Assembly (NCBI RefSeq): GCF_006345805.1
Contig: NC_043014.1
Span: forward strand, 43,028,001 to 43,092,000
DNA from: Octopus sinensis
Lineage: Eukaryota
Length of the DNA stretch: 64,000 nucleotides
Direction: 5' to 3'
The position numbers and the translations under genes were made by a program. The notes under the pieces are model-generated. The model did no database searches. It saw only the letters and a list, made by a program, of their open reading frames with translations, and had not been told where the DNA came from. This document shows positions 14,078 through 27,454 of the stretch, piece after piece. Position 1 is the stretch's first letter. Each line of letters starts with the position of its first letter.

Positions 14078-14217
14078 CGGAGATGTACTCGCATAGCAAG
14101 TAATTTGATCTGAGATCGTGTGCTGAAACGAAAACAATTGCAGCGTGGAAGGTGTTTGTAAGCCATTTAAGAAACACACAAAAGCCGTTCGATTCATTTC
14201 AACATTTAAGTTTAATT

Positions 14218-14558
14218 TGTCAAAATATTTTTGTCGCTAAAATCCGTGACCTGTTCACTGACAAAAATCCGTGCTGTCAAAATATTTTCGTCGCTAAAAT
14301 CCGCGACCTGTTCACTGACAAAAATCCGTGCTGTCAAAATATTTTCGTCGCTAAATTCCGCGACCTGTTCACTGACAAAAATCCGTGCTGTCAAAATATT
14401 TTCGTCGCTAAAATCCGCGACCTGTTCACTGACAAAAATCCGTGCTGTCAAAATATTTTCGTCGCTAAAATCCGCGACCTGTTCACTGACAAAAATCCGT
14501 GCTGTCAAAATATTTTTGTCGCTAAAATCCCGACCTGTTCACTGACAAAAATCCGTGC
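14218..14558. repeat. Minisatellite, 6 x 57 bp, within a fold-back element (14134-14703)
   Basis: TGTCAAAATATT recurs every 57 bp from 14218. An inverted copy starts at 14561 (palindrome centre GTGCTG|CAGCAC). The outer arms 14134-14217 and about 14620-14703 are inverted. Confidence 0.95.
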
Positions 14559-15107
14559 TGCAGCACGGATTTTTGTCAGTGAACAGGGCGCGGATTTTAG
14601 TGACGAAAATATTTTGACAAATTAAACTTAAATGTTGAAGTGAATCGAACGGCTTTTGTGTGTTTCTTAAATGGCTTATAAACACCTTTCACGCTGCAAT
14701 TGTATATATATATATAATATATATACATGAATAAATACATATAAAGATATACATATATATGTATGTATATATATACCAGTATAAATATATTGTTGAATTA
14801 TGATAAATAAATTTGCTCACTCAACATAGACCATTCAGATCAGTGACATCTCATGCCAGATGTATAAAATCTTTCGGACATTAGAATACCATTGCGTCGT
14901 TGTTCTGTCAAAGAATTTCGGCTTCTTCTAGAAGCTGCTTCTTTTGGTAACTGATTTATATAGTCTTGCTGGCTGGCTAAAAAGAACCCCCCCTTCTTCT
15001 CCGAACCAACTACCGCCACCACCACCACCAACACCACCACCACCACCACCACATCCATCTCCATCTTTCTCTTACGTTAAACAACAGCACCACCAACAAC
15101 AACAACA

Positions 15108-15162
<55 letters not shown>

Positions 15163-15343
15163 ATACTAATACTGCTACCACTACCTGGGCCACACATCAT
15201 GTTCGCCCAAGCGGAAAATCTTTCATTACTGTACCAAGTCAGGTGGATATATTTGGAATTTAAAGATTGATAATTTTTTACTTCAGTAGAATCTATTAAC
15301 GGTAATGATGGCGAGAAGGATGAGAGAGAGGGATGTATGTGTA

Positions 15344-15374
<31 letters not shown>

Positions 15375-15627
15375 TGTGCGTGTGTATGTATGTGTGGAGG
15401 AGTGGTGAGGTAGGTGGTGCGGGCTCTGGATAATGATGACAATATCCTGAATGTTTGTATAAGTCAGTGTGTGTGTGTGTCTGAGTGTGTGTGTGTGTGT
15501 AGATGTGTGTGTGTGTGAGTATCTAAACCTGAGTATATTCTAGTATGTCCAAGTGTATAAATATTATGAGTGTGTGTATATATATATATGTGTTTGTATA
15601 TATATATATATATATATATACACTCCT

Positions 15628-15665
<38 letters not shown>

Positions 15666-16403
15666 TCCTATACATATATACATATATGTTTATATATATA
15701 CTCAAATATATATATGCATATGTGTAGAACCAACAATTCTATTCTTCACTTGTCCTTATATATATATATATATATAAATATATTTATAAATTTACATACA
15801 TATATACATAGATATATATGTATACATAAATATGTATGTATATATTATATATATATGAGAAGCTCTATATAACGATGGGTAAATATATATTTGTGTATAC
15901 ATATATATTTATGCATACATACATACATACATATACACATACATCTACTTATATATATATATGTATATAAGGATGTGTATACATATATTTGTATAAACGT
16001 ATCTGTGAGTATATCTGTATACACATCTGAGAATATTGATAATATTAAGTTATTTGAAATTGCTAATAAACACACCCACAGACATACATATGGTCGCACA
16101 CACTCACACACACACATATATGTACACATATACACTCACACATATATATATGTATTTATCTATGCATGTATATATCTAGGTTTGAAGTAGCTTATAAGTA
16201 TATGTATGTATAGTTTTGGGTGCATGTGCTTGTATTGTATTTATATCACTATAGTAACCTTTGTGTAAAGATATCTGTGTGTACATTCTACAGGTGTATA
16301 TGCATGTGCATATATATATGTATGTCAGTAAACCTGAGCACGAGCATTTCTGTATATATTTGACATATACATGCACATATATATATATACATATGTGTCT
16401 ATC

Positions 16404-16762
<359 letters not shown>

Positions 16763-17502
16763 ATATATATAAATATATATATATATGTTATATGCATATG
16801 TATGTACATTTATATGCATGTGTGTGTATATGCATGTATATGTATATGTATGCATGAATACTCACACACACACACACATATATATATGTAAATAGATAGA
16901 TATACTATATATATATATATATACATATATTAGTTTATGTATATCAGAGAACCAAATAGTTTACTCTAAGGAGATAAATCCCAAGTCTGGGTAGAATTGG
17001 TGGGTATTGAATGTCCACACAAGCATGAGATAATGGTCAATAAAAAAAAACAACCAAGAGTAGTTTATTCCTAAAATAGTAAGATTTTTCTTTTTCTATT
17101 AGCGTGAAACTCATAGCTATGAATTCTATTTTGTCATATTTCACGTTCTCTTTCATGCTATTATTTTAAATGTTCTATTTTATTTCTAGATGTGTATATA
17201 TATATATATGTATCATTGCTACGATTACTGAAATTGCTGTACCCATGCTAGTATGGACTGGACAGAGACATCTTCAGGTGGTTTTCTACAGTTTGGTGCC
17301 TTCACTGTTGCCAACCATTACATGTTTTCAAACTGGTTTTCGCATGTCAAAAGCAGTAGGGCATAAGAAAAGAAAATCACCACTGACTGATATAAATGTA
17401 AACATGCAGAGTCAAATGCACACACACACATGCACGCACACACACACACATACACACACACTCATGAATATATACATATATATATATATGCAGGTGTGGC
17501 TA

Positions 17503-17730
17503 TAGGCACAGGTGTGGCTGTATGGTAACAAGCTTGCTTCCCAATCACATGGTTCCAGGTTCAGTCCCACTGTGTGACACCTTGGGCAAGTGTCTTCTAC
17601 TATAGCCTTGGCTGACCAAGGCCTCTTGACTGGATTGGGTAGATGGAAACTGAAAGAAGCCTGTCATATGTATATGTATATATCTATGTGTGTGTCTTTG
17701 TCTTCGTGTCTGTGATTCCCCACCACCATT
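17503..17730 (+). mobile_element. SINE family A, 5' half
   Basis: Head and core match family A. Confidence 0.7.
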
Positions 17731-18054
17731 ACCATTGAGTCTTATGTAAAGGAAAAGGTTTTAAAAGGGCCAAAAGGGTTTTTTTGTAGTATAAAAAAAA
17801 GAGTAATGCATGGCTGTGTGATTAAAAAATTCTCATTGCAAACGATATGGTTTGGAGTTCAGTCTCACTGCATGGCACCTTGCTCAAGTGTCTCCTATTA
17901 TGGTCACAGGGTGGGATTTGCCTTGTGAGTGAATTTGGTAAAAGGATAAAAGAAAGATCTTAATACCAAAACTAGACTATCAAAATGTGAAACTTCAAAT
18001 TCTGATGACTTCATCTTTCATTTCATAATCTCCAAACAATATTTGCAGAATAAA

Positions 18055-18605
18055 CAACAGTGAGCTGGCAGAAACGTTAGCACACCGGGCGAAATTCTTA
18101 GCGGTATTTCGTCTGCGTTACGTTGTGAGTTCAAATTCCGCCGAGGTCGACTTTGCCTTTCATCCTTTCGGGGTCGATAAATTAAGTACCAGTTACGCAC
18201 TGGGGTCGATGTAATTGACTTAATACCTATGTCTGTCCTTGTTTGTCCCCTCTGTGTTTAGCCCCTTGTGGGTAATAAAGAAATAGGTATTTCATCTGCC
18301 ATTACGTTGTGAGTTCAAATTCCGCCGAGGTCAACTTTGCCTTTCATCCTTTTGGGGTCAATTAAATAGGTACCAGTTACGCACTGGGGTAGATATAATC
18401 GACTTAATCCGTTTGTCTGTCCTTGTTTGTCCCCTATGTGTTTAGCCCCTTGTGGACAGTAAAGAAACAGGTATTTCGTCTGTCTTTATATTCTGAGTTT
18501 AAATTCTGCAAAGGTCGACATTACCTTTCATCATTTCGGGGTCGATAAATTAAGTACCAGTTGCATACTGGTGTCAATCTAATCCACTGGCCCCCACCTC
18601 CAAAA
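18055..18605 (+). mobile_element. SINE family B, trimeric core
   Basis: Head at about 18060. The core restarts at GGTATTTC.TCTG at 18286 and 18470 (184-bp period). Confidence 0.8.
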
Positions 18606-18772
18606 GAGTAGTAAAGAATATTTGAAGAATAAATCAGGAAACCATTAGTAAGAATTGTCAGATAATGAAAACAAAGATAAAATCATTCGATTGGAAGCAT
18701 GTTCAAAGACAGAATCGAATAAATAAAACGTAAACGACTAAAAATAAAAACAAAATTAAATTAAACACCCTA

Positions 18773-19203
18773 TAGGCGCAGGAGTGGCTGTGTGGTAAGT
18801 AGCTTGCTTACAAGCCACATGGTTCCGGGTTCAGTCCCACTGCATGGCACCTTGGGCAAGTGTCTTCTACTATAGCCTCGGGCTGACCAAAGCCTTGTGA
18901 GTGGATTTGGTAGATGGAAACTGAAAGAAGCCCGTCGTATATATGTATATCTATATATGTATGTATGTGTGTGTATATGGTTGTGTGTCTGTGTTTCTCC
19001 CCCAACATCGCTTGACAATCGATGCTGGTGTGTTCACGTCCCCGTAACTTAGTGGTTCGGCAAAAGAGATCGATAGAATAAGTACTAGGCTTACAAAGAA
19101 TAAGTCCTGGGGTCTATTTCCTTGACTAAAGGCGGTGCTCCAGCATGGCCGCAGTCAAATGACTGAAACAAGTAAAAGAGTAAAAGAGTAAAGAGTAAAG
19201 AGA
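18773..19203 (+). mobile_element. SINE family A copy
   Basis: Full match with a (GAGTAAAA)n tail. Confidence 0.85.
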
Positions 19204-19776
19204 TATAAAATTATAATTCAATCAAGATATCTGCAGCTGTGTTCGGCTGAAAAAAACATTCATAAAGCACCATTTATGGTTAAATACTAAGAAGATACTA
19301 ATAGGTACAGTCATAGTGGTGTTGTTAAGGAGTTTGGTTCCTGACCACATGGTTCCAAGTTCAGTCCTACTGCGTGGCATCTTGGGCAAGTGTTTTCTAC
19401 TAATAGACCCAGGTCAAAACTTTATGAACTGAAAGAAGCTCACTGGTTATGAGGGTTTGTGTGTGGGCGTTCATGCATGCACTTATATATCGTCATCATC
19501 ATTATCCTCATCACCATCATTTAACGTCCATTTTCCATGCTGCATGGGTTGGACGGTTTGATGGGAGGTGGTAAGCCTAAGGGCTGTACCAAGCTCGACT
19601 GTCTGCTTTGGCATGGTTTTTATGGCTGGACACCCTGCCTAACGCCAACCACTTAACATACAATATATATATCATCATCATCATCATCATTAACGTCTAA
19701 CGTCCCCCTTCCATGCTGGCATGGGTGGTACTGTTTGACAAGAGCCAGATGTAGTAGCCTATATATATATATATAA

Positions 19777-19831
<55 letters not shown>

Positions 19832-20057
19832 ATATGTATTATATATATCTATATATGTGTGTGTGTAATATATATATATATAATTATATATAATACTATA
19901 TATATACATACATATATTTATATATATATATATATATATAATATATATATATATTTATATATATGTATTTATATATCTATATATGTGTGTGTGTATATAT
20001 ATATTATATATATATATATTAATATATAATATATAATATACCTACATATATATACAT

Positions 20058-20105
<48 letters not shown>

Positions 20106-22290
20106 ACACACACACACACATACAGTGACCGAAGAAACGAATACATGTATTAATATTTCCATTGAAATCCATGGTCGCCACGGTGGCAACGAGGAGGAGG
20201 AGGAGGAGGAGGATACTACAATATTATAAGATGACATGAAAGAAGGAGGTGAGAAGGAAAATTAAATAAAAATGTAAGAAATAGAGTAAATAGAAACTGT
20301 AAAAAGACTTTACTAATCTTCAAAAAACCTCAGAGTTCTCTCTTCATTTACCAATCCATATAAAAACACAACAAACAATCTGAAATGCTCTCCCTTTTTC
20401 TCTCTCTCTCTCCCTCTCTCTCTGCTCATTTCACTAAAAGAAAAGAGAGTGCACTAGAGAATGAACACCGAAAAAAAAATGGGAGTTTGTTACAAACATT
20501 TTGTTGAAATTCTCTGATGTGTCTTTCATTTGAAAATTTATTAGCAGACATCTTGTGAGAATGTCATTTTTAGAATTTGAGCTGTCCTTGTCCTGTAGTA
20601 TTACTAAAACGATTTTTTTAAAGAAAGATGAAGACTGAATCTTATTTCTGTTGCTAACATACGTGTAATTAGATGCAAATACAAGAATATATCAAAACAT
20701 AATAAAAGAGTTGTCACAATCTCTAAATACAGAAAGAAAGGTCAGTTGAAAATCTCTTGATTGGGTTGACTAATGAATGCCTATGAGTAATAACTTATCT
20801 TAAATTTATTTGCTGTCACTCAGTTGTTAGACTTTTGTTGAGAACCATCATTCACTTCTACCTTATTTCAGTTTACTGGAAAACAAGTAAGCCAGTTTCT
20901 ATTAAAGAAGCAGTAACAAGTATTTGTTTATTCAATTACAAGTGCATTTAGTGATGGTAGTGAAGATTATTTGACAGATGTTTTCATGGCATCAACAGAG
21001 CTGATGAAATTTTTTTCAATAAGTGTAGAAAATTTTAATAAAATTAGTTTTAAAGATTTCGTATTATTTACAAAAAAATCGTTATTTGCATCATGTACCG
21101 CAGTATCTGGAAGAAATATTTGCATATTTATTCTTGATGTGTCTTGACGGGCTCAGACACAAAATATTCTGGTAGCCACAGTGTATGTCATAGGAAAATA
21201 ACTTGTCTTTTATGATGACACTGTGTTCAACACACTCAGCTCATTGCTGCACTGGATTCTGGGACATCAGTGTTTTGACATATTTATGCTATCCAGTAAA
21301 CTGATACGGCAGTAACTTAAAAAATTTCTTAGCTGTGTTTGTTTGAGCATTCAAAATAAAAATTGGAATATACCATTAAATTTTCTTGTGTCTATTTGTG
21401 TCTGGAAGCTGAAGATCTGGTTATAAATTCTATCCTATCCAAAAATCCACAACAGTTGAATGCTTCATTATAGAATTACAAAGCATTTGTTAAAGCAGCT
21501 ACATCTGAAGATAAAAGTGATATATGTTTACTAACAATGAAGACTAAATTACAGAGAATACTAAATGAGTGGTTAGAATCATCAATAATATAAAATCACA
21601 TTACATTTCCGAAAAGGGGAAGATTTATTAGCCCTTAAATCTAAATTTATATCTGGAAAATTAACTTTTGCAATTTTTAAATCTAATTCACTGAAAAATA
21701 AAATACGTCTGTGTTATTCCCATTTTATTACACAAAAAACATAATCTGTCATCAACAATAAACCCCACCTTCAACTCCAATGTTACGAACCATGTATTCA
21801 AAAAATCTAAACCAAAATACCATGATTCCATACATCTCTATCCTATCAAAGGCATCCAAGACTACATCAAAGAATTTTTCTTCCTTTTTTCTTTACCCAG
21901 GTGGCATTTTTGAAAAACACTGGGAACTTCACGGTATGATGAATAACATTAATATCTGAGTCACTAATTCCATTATTCCGTATTATCTAATTAGATTTAT
22001 GCATGCCTGCATGTAAGTAATCCATCTCTCTGCCAGTCTGTCTGTCTGGCGCTTGTACAAGCAATGTCGATTTGATGGAGGGGGTGAGCTTATGTGCAGC
22101 TCAAGCATTTGATCACTGTAAACAAATCATCTCAGCAGATTGTTCAGCAAGAAATTGTAGAAGTGTCTTTCTCAGATCTAGAGACTAACATTGGTCAATT
22201 AATTACACACACATATATGCATATAGCTACACATATACATATATATACATATACATATGCACACTCACACACACACACATGCATGTTTGT

Positions 22291-22321
<31 letters not shown>

Positions 22322-22324
22322 TCG

Positions 22325-22760
22325 CAAATTCGATGACTGGCACACGTGCCAGTGGAGCACTAAGAGCACCAACCAAGCGTGATCGCTGCCAGAGCAGCTG
22401 ACTGGCTTCTGTGGTGGCATGTAAAAAGCACCACTCAAACATGATTGTTACCAGCGTCACCTTACTGGCACTTGTGCCAGTGGCACATAAAAAGCACCAT
22501 TCAAGCGTGATTATTACCAGCGTCGCCTTACTGGCACTTGTGCTGGTGGCATGTGAAAAACACCTGAGTGTGGTCATTGCCAGTGCCACTGGACTGGCTC
22601 CTGTGCAGATGGCATGTGAAAAACACCACTTGATCGTGGCCGTTGCCAATACTGCCTGACTGCCCCTCGTACTGGTGGCACGTAAAAGCACCCACTACAC
22701 TCTCGGAGTGGTTGGCATTAGGAAGGGCATCCAGCTGTAGAAACTCTGCCAGATCAGGTT
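22325..22760 (+). mobile_element. RTE 3'UTR fragment with ~60-bp degenerate subrepeats
   Basis: Repeated GTGGCA(C/T)GTAAAAAGCACC units leading into the AGGAAGGGCATCCAGCTGTAG motif. Confidence 0.7.
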
Positions 22761-22761
22761 G

Positions 22762-22843
22762 GAGCCACACAGTGGGACTGAACCCGGAACCAAATGGTTG
22801 GTAAGCAAGCTTCTTACCACACAGCCACTCCTGCACCTATGTG

Positions 22844-22884
<41 letters not shown>

Positions 22885-23040
22885 GATGGGATTCTTTCAG
22901 TTTCTGTCTACCAAATCCACTCACAAGGCTGTGGTCGGCCTGAGGCTTTAGTAGAAGACAAGATGTTGCGCAGTGGGACTGAACCTAAAACCATATGGTT
23001 GGGAAGCAAGCTTCTTATCACACAGCCACTCCTGTGCCTA
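22762..23040 (-). mobile_element. Two partial SINE family A heads
   Basis: CAGTGGGACTGAACC...CACAGCCACTCCTG occurs twice. Confidence 0.7.
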
Positions 23041-23517
23041 TCCACTCCTGCGTGCCTAGATAGATTCATGATTAAATTTACATACACTTGTACGTGTGTA
23101 TACATAGATGTTTATTAGTTTCATACGCAAATTCAGACACCACAAATTTATGAAACTGTTAAAATAAATATGTTTTGGAATGCTATTGAGTAAACTTAAT
23201 AATTCAAAATTCCATTAACCAATCGGAGTGCATATGTGTGTATATAGGTATATGCGTAGATATGTGTGTGTGTGTGTGGATGTATAAATGTGTGCAAGTA
23301 TATACGAGTGTCTCTGTGTATATACGTATAGATGTATGGATGAATGTATGTATGTGGGTGTGTATATATATAGTATATATTATATATATATGTATATATA
23401 TATATGTATATATATATATTATATATATATATATATTATATATAATATATATATATATGTATATATATATGTATTATATATATAGTATAATATAGTATAT
23501 ATGTATATATATATGTA

Positions 23518-23592
<75 letters not shown>

Positions 23593-24112
23593 ATATATCT
23601 ATAGGCATGTGTACTTGTATATATACAAATTTTCTTAACTTTATTTATACTTTATAAACGTATATACATTCTTACATCTTTACCTTATTTACATTGAAAT
23701 ATCCTCTATCATCTCTATTTAATTTATTCATTTATTACTCTAATTCTATTTACCTCCTACTCTATCTTATCTCCAACCAACCTCACCTGAACAAGCCCCT
23801 CACCTGCACACATAAAAATATAAATCATAAACAGTATCACTCAGACTGCTATAATGAATCTCATAAACAGATATATAAAACATCCGAGGGTATATTTTGT
23901 CCCTCTAAAGATATTAGGCTCAAGGCATGTGAATTTAATATCTAATTAGATTCACAGAGTATTGACCGAAACAGCTGTAAGGAAGGATGATTGGTTTGTT
24001 GTTGATCATAAACAACTATTAACTTCCCCATCTCCATTTTCTTTTTTCGTCTTATCTGTGTGTATATATATATATTAATATATATATAATATATATATAT
24101 ATATTGATATAT

Positions 24113-24475
24113 ACTCTTTACTCTTTTACTCTTTTACTTGTTTCAGTCATTTGACTGCGGTCATGCTGGAGCACCGCCTTTAATCGAGCAACTCGACCCC
24201 GGGACTTATTCTTTTGTAAGCCCAGTACTTATTCTATCGGTCTCTTTTGCCGAACCGCTAAGTTACAGAGGATATAAACACACCAGCATTGGTTGTCAAG
24301 CAATGCTAGGGGAACAAACACAGACACACACACATACATATATATATATACATATATACGACGGGCTTCTTTCAGTTTCCATGTACCAAATCCACTCACA
24401 AGGCTTTGGTCGGCCCGAGGCTATAGTAGAAGACACTTGCCCAAGGTGCCACGCAGTGGGACTGAACCCAGAACC
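24113..24475 (-). mobile_element. SINE family A copy lacking the extreme 5' head
   Basis: Reverse complement of the family A body and tail. Confidence 0.85.
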
Positions 24476-24519
24476 ATATATATAAATATATATAAATTAT
24501 AACCATATATATAAATATA

Positions 24520-24985
24520 TATAAATTATAATTTAGGGTACCTAAGAGATACCACCAGGCTGTAAATAGCAGCCAAAACTTGACTCTAAAACCCCATTAA
24601 ATGTTTATACAGCACCAGGAGAGATGATAAAGAGACAAAGTAAACATTACTGGATAATTCCAGATCCTGGATTTCTGGCTTTGCATAAGAAATGCTTTGC
24701 TTCATCAGTGGAATATACGCAGATAGCACATAAATACAAATATATATATATATATAATATATATATTATATATATATATATATGTATTTATGAAGGCAGA
24801 ACATTTCTTATGCAAAGTCAGAAATTGGGATCTGGAATTATCCAGTAATTTTTTTGCTAGTTTATTTTGCCTCTTTGTCTTCTATCCTGGTGCTGTATGA
24901 ACATTTAATGTGTTTTTAGAGTCAAGTTTTGACTGCTGTTTCCAGCATGGTGGTGTCTCTTAGATACCTTAAATTATAATTTTAA
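24520..24985. repeat. Long fold-back element (~190-bp imperfect inverted arms around a (TA)n spacer)
   Basis: TATAATTTAGGGTACCTAAGAGATACCACC... versus ...GGTGGTGTCTCTTAGATACCTTAAATTATA. Confidence 0.85.
24657..24714 (-). ncRNA. Putative minimal type I hammerhead ribozyme motif
   Basis: AUUCCA-CUGAUGA-A GC AAA GCAU UUCUU AUGC AAA GC CA-GAA-AUCC A GGAU-C/UGGAAU: 6-bp stem I, canonical core, palindromic stem III, AUC triplet. Folded by hand. Confidence 0.6.
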
Positions 24986-25078
24986 TAATAATTATTACCT
25001 TTGAAACTTTTTCTTCCCATGCTAGCCACATGATAAGATCGGTATTTAAATAATGATCTATATAAATTATATATAATA

Positions 25079-25123
<45 letters not shown>

Positions 25124-25319
25124 CTCTCCATACTGACATAACTTAGAGAGATCAACACAGTCATTACATATTAGGAATACTGCTTGCCCAGACAAGTCAG
25201 AGAACCTTATTGTAAGCACACTCACACACATACACACATACACACATACACACAAACACACACACGCACACACATGCACTCATCCACTCATGCGCACACG
25301 CACACACACATGCACACCT

Positions 25320-25570
25320 GTCAAGTGTTAGCATAACAGGCCGGATATTGTTGCTTGGGGCGGACAAGAAATAGTATGTACCATCACATCACTGAGGTCA
25401 CTTGTCCTGCTGATACGAATATCTCTTAGAGAATCAAAGAGGAAGAACATAGCTATTAACGACTGCTTCAGCTTCTGTATCCAGATTACGAATTTACATT
25501 TATTCCAATAAAAATTGGAGCACTTGGTTTTGTATGTAAAGAAATCAACCAACTAACTCCCACATTACAA
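25320..25570 (+). mobile_element. Decayed RLE-type (R4/NeSL-like) non-LTR endonuclease fragment
   Basis: Frameshifted translation HNRPDIVAW...ITEVTCPADTNIS...QLLYPDYEFTFIPIKIGALGFV. Confidence 0.7.
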
Positions 25571-25609
25571 ATACAACCTGTAAGTGGAACAATAAAAATA
25601 TGCAAGATG

Positions 25610-26190
25610 TTTCTCAAGGTCTTGGTCTTTTGTCATTGCCTAATGCCAACCACCCCGAGAGTGTAGTGGGTGCCTTTTACGAGGCTGGCAATGACCACGA
25701 TCAGTTAGTGTTTTTTATGTGCCACTGGCATGGAAGCCAGTCAAGGTGGCGCTGGCATCGTCCACGTTTGGATAGTGCTTTTTACTTGCCATCGGCACAG
25801 GGATCACAACTTCAATTTCCATTTGATTCTGATTTTGATGTACTTGACTCAATAGGTCTTCTCAAGGGCATGTCGCCCTGTGATCCCAGGTACTTTTGAA
25901 TGGGCTGGGGCTGGTTATGCAACACTGGTGTAAGTTTCAGCAGTGAACCCACTTTATTTGCCGGGTCTTTGCAGTCACAGCATATCTCCAGAGGTCTCGG
26001 TCTTTCGTCATTGCCTCTGTGAGGCCCAACGTTCAAAGGTCATGCTTCACCACCTCATCCCATGTCTTCCTGGGTCTACCTCTACCCCAGATTCCTTCAA
26101 CTGTTTGAGAATGGCACTTCTTCACACACCTCTCCTCATCCATCTGTAGTACACGACCATACCAGCACAACCATCTCTCTTGCACGCCAC
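25610..26190 (-). mobile_element. RTE-clade LINE 3' fragment (ORF2 end plus long 3'UTR)
   Basis: QERWLCWYGRVLQMDEERCVKK...RGRPRKTWDEVVKHDL*TLGLTEAMTKDRDLWRYAV, followed by the 3'UTR family seen throughout the window. Confidence 0.85.
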
Positions 26191-26994
26191 ACACACACAC
26201 ATATATATACATACATATAACATGGCTGATGGTGATAGCAAAGCTAAAACAAAAACTTGTAGTAGTGTAGCAGCAGTACTAGCATAGTAACAGAGGGATA
26301 AAAATTCCCACTATCAAATTGGAAAACCTACAATTTTTTTTCTTATATAATAGATATTGCGAAACCATGCAATAACAGACAAGCTCTTATTCCATGAATG
26401 GAAATAAACCACTTTTCTAATACCAAAAGTAATAGGATTGAGGATTTTCATACTAACTATGCCTAAATCTGTTACTGTAGGAAGGATTAACATAAATTTA
26501 GTGAGACTAAAATGTTATTCTTATGAAACGTAGATGTGAAGTACGGTGGACTGAGAGCCCAAGATTCTATCCAATCATTTATTTGCAATCATCTAAGATT
26601 CTTTCTCTCACTCTTTCTTTCTTTCTTTCTTTCTCTCTCTCTCCTAGTTATGCCTACTTCTTCATACCTCTTGCATGGGTTGTATGTAATAATTTGTTGA
26701 GGTGGATTTTCTATAGCTGGATGCTCTTCCTGTTGCCAACACTCGCTTGTTCTTTAAGTAAAATAACTTCCCCACCTCCCATCAAGGCTGGACATGCCTC
26801 AATTCATGAGTGGAAATGAAACAACACCATTGTATGCTAAATCACACAAGCACAAAAGCAAACACACACACACATACAAACTCACACACACATGCACATT
26901 CATATACACCTGCACACACAGACAGACAAACTCACATTCATGTGCTCCTGCATACACACATATATATAATGTATATTATATATACATACATACA

Positions 26995-27036
<42 letters not shown>

Positions 27037-27061
27037 CATACATACATATAATATATATATA

Positions 27062-27092
<31 letters not shown>

Positions 27093-27093
27093 A

Positions 27094-27136
<43 letters not shown>

Positions 27137-27215
27137 ATATATATATAGATATATATATATACATATATCCAGGCTTATTCCCCATTTTTTAGGAGGGATT
27201 ACATATATAAATGTA

Positions 27216-27250
<35 letters not shown>

Positions 27251-27454
27251 GTGTTTGAGTGTATATATATATATGTGTGTGTGTGTGTGTATATCACCAT
27301 CACTAAAATGTGACAAAGAATACTTTGACTCTTATTTCTAGCAATGCTGGTGCTCCCTGCACCCTTCATCACATTTCAGTATTGGTGAATTATTTCCTTT
27401 TTGGTCTTGAATTGTGTCTAGCCACCTTATTATTATTATATATATATATATATA

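Noticed and set aside
14218-14558. CRISPR-like appearance of the 57-bp and 112-bp arrays
   Set aside because: Units are contiguous with no unique spacers, there are no cas genes, and the context is eukaryotic.
14152-14625. 157-aa ORF with 19-aa repeats (CQNIFVAKIRDLFTDKNPC)
   Set aside because: Product of the 57-bp tandem repeat. It is open in several frames and on both strands, and an RNA-level explanation fits better.
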